From Alphaproteobacteria bacterium (lineage in GTDB: Bacteria; Pseudomonadota; Alphaproteobacteria; Paracaedibacterales; CAITNM01), in NCBI GenBank assembly GCA_947478955.1, contig CANJXJ010000001.1, positions 1 through 51,745 on the forward strand: a stretch of DNA of 51,745 bases. The letters are read 5' to 3'. How positions within the stretch are numbered: the first letter of the stretch is position 1; every line of letters begins with the position of its first letter. The translations under genes and the position numbers were made by a program. Below are positions 50,558 to 51,745 of this stretch, one piece after another. A model generated the notes under the pieces. The model saw only the letters and a program-made list of their open reading frames with translations, did no database searches and was not told the origin of the DNA.

Positions 50558-51745
50558 GTGGCAAGCAGAAAATTAAAGCCTGTGGAAAACGCAATTCAGC
50601 ATCCAAGACATGAGCTACTTCAAGTGGCTGATGTGGTGGCGCGTGAAAAAGGTATCGATCGCGAAGAAGTAATTGTCGCGATGGAACTTGCAATGCAGCG
50701 TACTGCAAAACAAAAATATGGCATGGAACATGACATTCGCGTTAACATTGACCGAGAATCGGGGCATGTGCAGACGGTTCGTTGTCTTACCGTTGTTGAG
50801 GTTGTTGAAGATCCTGTTAATCAAGTAACCGTTGAGATGGCTGCATTAGACTATCCGGATGCAAAAATTGATGATCTTTTAGAGGAAGAGCTTCCTCCTC
50901 TTGAATTTGGTCGTATCGCTGCGCAAAGTGCCCGCCAAATTATCTTTCAAAAGGTTCGTGATGCGGAACGCGCGCGTCAATATGAAGAGTTTAAGAACCG
51001 TATTGGGGATGTGGTTAACGCGCTGGTCAAGCGGGTTGAATTTGGAAATGTTGTTGTTGATCTTGGAAAAGCCGAAGGTATTCTTCGTAAAGATGATCTA
51101 ATCCCACGTGAAAGTTATCGCGTTGGTGATCGAGTTCGCGCAATTATTCATGATCTTAAGCCTGATTCACGCGGTCCAATGGTTGTGTTATCAAGGTCGC
51201 ATCCTAAGTTTATGGCTAAACTTTTTGAGCAAGAAGTTCCAGAAATTTACGATAATATTATTGAAATTAAAGCTATTGCCCGGGATCCAGGCAGCCGCGC
51301 AAAGATGGCTGTTTATACATCAGATCCAAATCTTGATCCTGTTGGATCATGTGTGGGAATGCGCGGTAGTCGTGTACAAATTGTCGTTAATGAACTTCAA
51401 GGTGAAAAAGTAGACATCATCACGTGGACAAACAATCCAGCGACTTTTGTTGTGAATGCCCTTGCCCCTGCAGAAATTTCTAGGGTGGTTATTGATGAAG
51501 AACAGCACCGTATTGATGTGGTTGTCGCAGAAGATCAGCTAAGTTTAGCTATTGGCAGGCGTGGTCAAAATGTGCGCCTTGCTGCCCAGCTAACGGGTTG
51601 GAAAATTGATATTATTACTGAGGATGATGACGTAGCGCGTCGTGCCAAGGAAAATGAAGGGAAGATGCTTTTGTTTACCGAGGCATTAGATATAGATGAG
51701 ATGTTTGCTCAACTATTGATTTCTGAAGGATTTGAAACTATTGAA
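50558..51745 (+). CDS. nusA: Transcription factor NusA (3' truncated by the window; missing from the ORF track)
   Basis: GTG at 50558 opens ...ELLQVADVVAREKGID..., FGRIAAQSARQ, ARDPGSRAK, DPVGSCVGMRGSRV and LAIGRRGQNVRLA. Confidence 0.97.
   Translation, partial: MASRKLKPVENAIQHPRHELLQVADVVAREKGIDREEVIVAMELAMQRTAKQKYGMEHDIRVNIDRESGHVQTVRCLTVVEVVEDPVNQVTVEMAALDYPDAKIDDLLEEELPPLEFGRIAAQSARQIIFQKVRDAERARQYEEFKNRIGDVVNALVKRVEFGNVVVDLGKAEGILRKDDLIPRESYRVGDRVRAIIHDLKPDSRGPMVVLSRSHPKFMAKLFEQEVPEIYDNIIEIKAIARDPGSRAKMAVYTSDPNLDPVGSCVGMRGSRVQIVVNELQGEKVDIITWTNNPATFVVNALAPAEISRVVIDEEQHRIDVVVAEDQLSLAIGRRGQNVRLAAQLTGWKIDIITEDDDVARRAKENEGKMLLFTEALDIDEMFAQLLISEGFETIE

Overview
Mostly core chromosome of an alphaproteobacterium. 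The inference from gene content and the many short signal-peptide orphans is a Holosporales-like protist associate. Housekeeping genes: prfA, yebC, msbA, hpf, the secE-nusG-rplKAJL-rpoBC cluster, tRNA-Trp, tRNA-fMet, tRNA-Leu, lptC, lptAB, fzlA, xseB, rnj, fmt, nuoAB, a cobalamin riboswitch-btuB-tonB unit, gpmI-envC-ctpA, xerD and rimP-nusA (nusA runs off the end). Competence or pilus genes are scattered (secretin, comEC, comF). No prophage, IS or CRISPR was seen. The least explained signals are: (1) a tandem cassette behind yebC in which the yebC 3' end, intergenic region and signal peptide are duplicated, carrying two paralogous secreted proteins that each appear broken by one frameshift in a simple repeat; (2) a secreted 261-aa orphan with no lysine after residue 2; (3) about 17 REP-like palindromes of three families packed into 28.7-34.7 kb, including a GTTT-tagged variant with compensatory stem changes; (4) an apparent ATA start codon for lptB; (5) an isolated short FliD; (6) a CtpA lacking the canonical catalytic Lys; (7) a B12 riboswitch apparently lacking P2. 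All family calls are by eye from motifs, and no database search was run.
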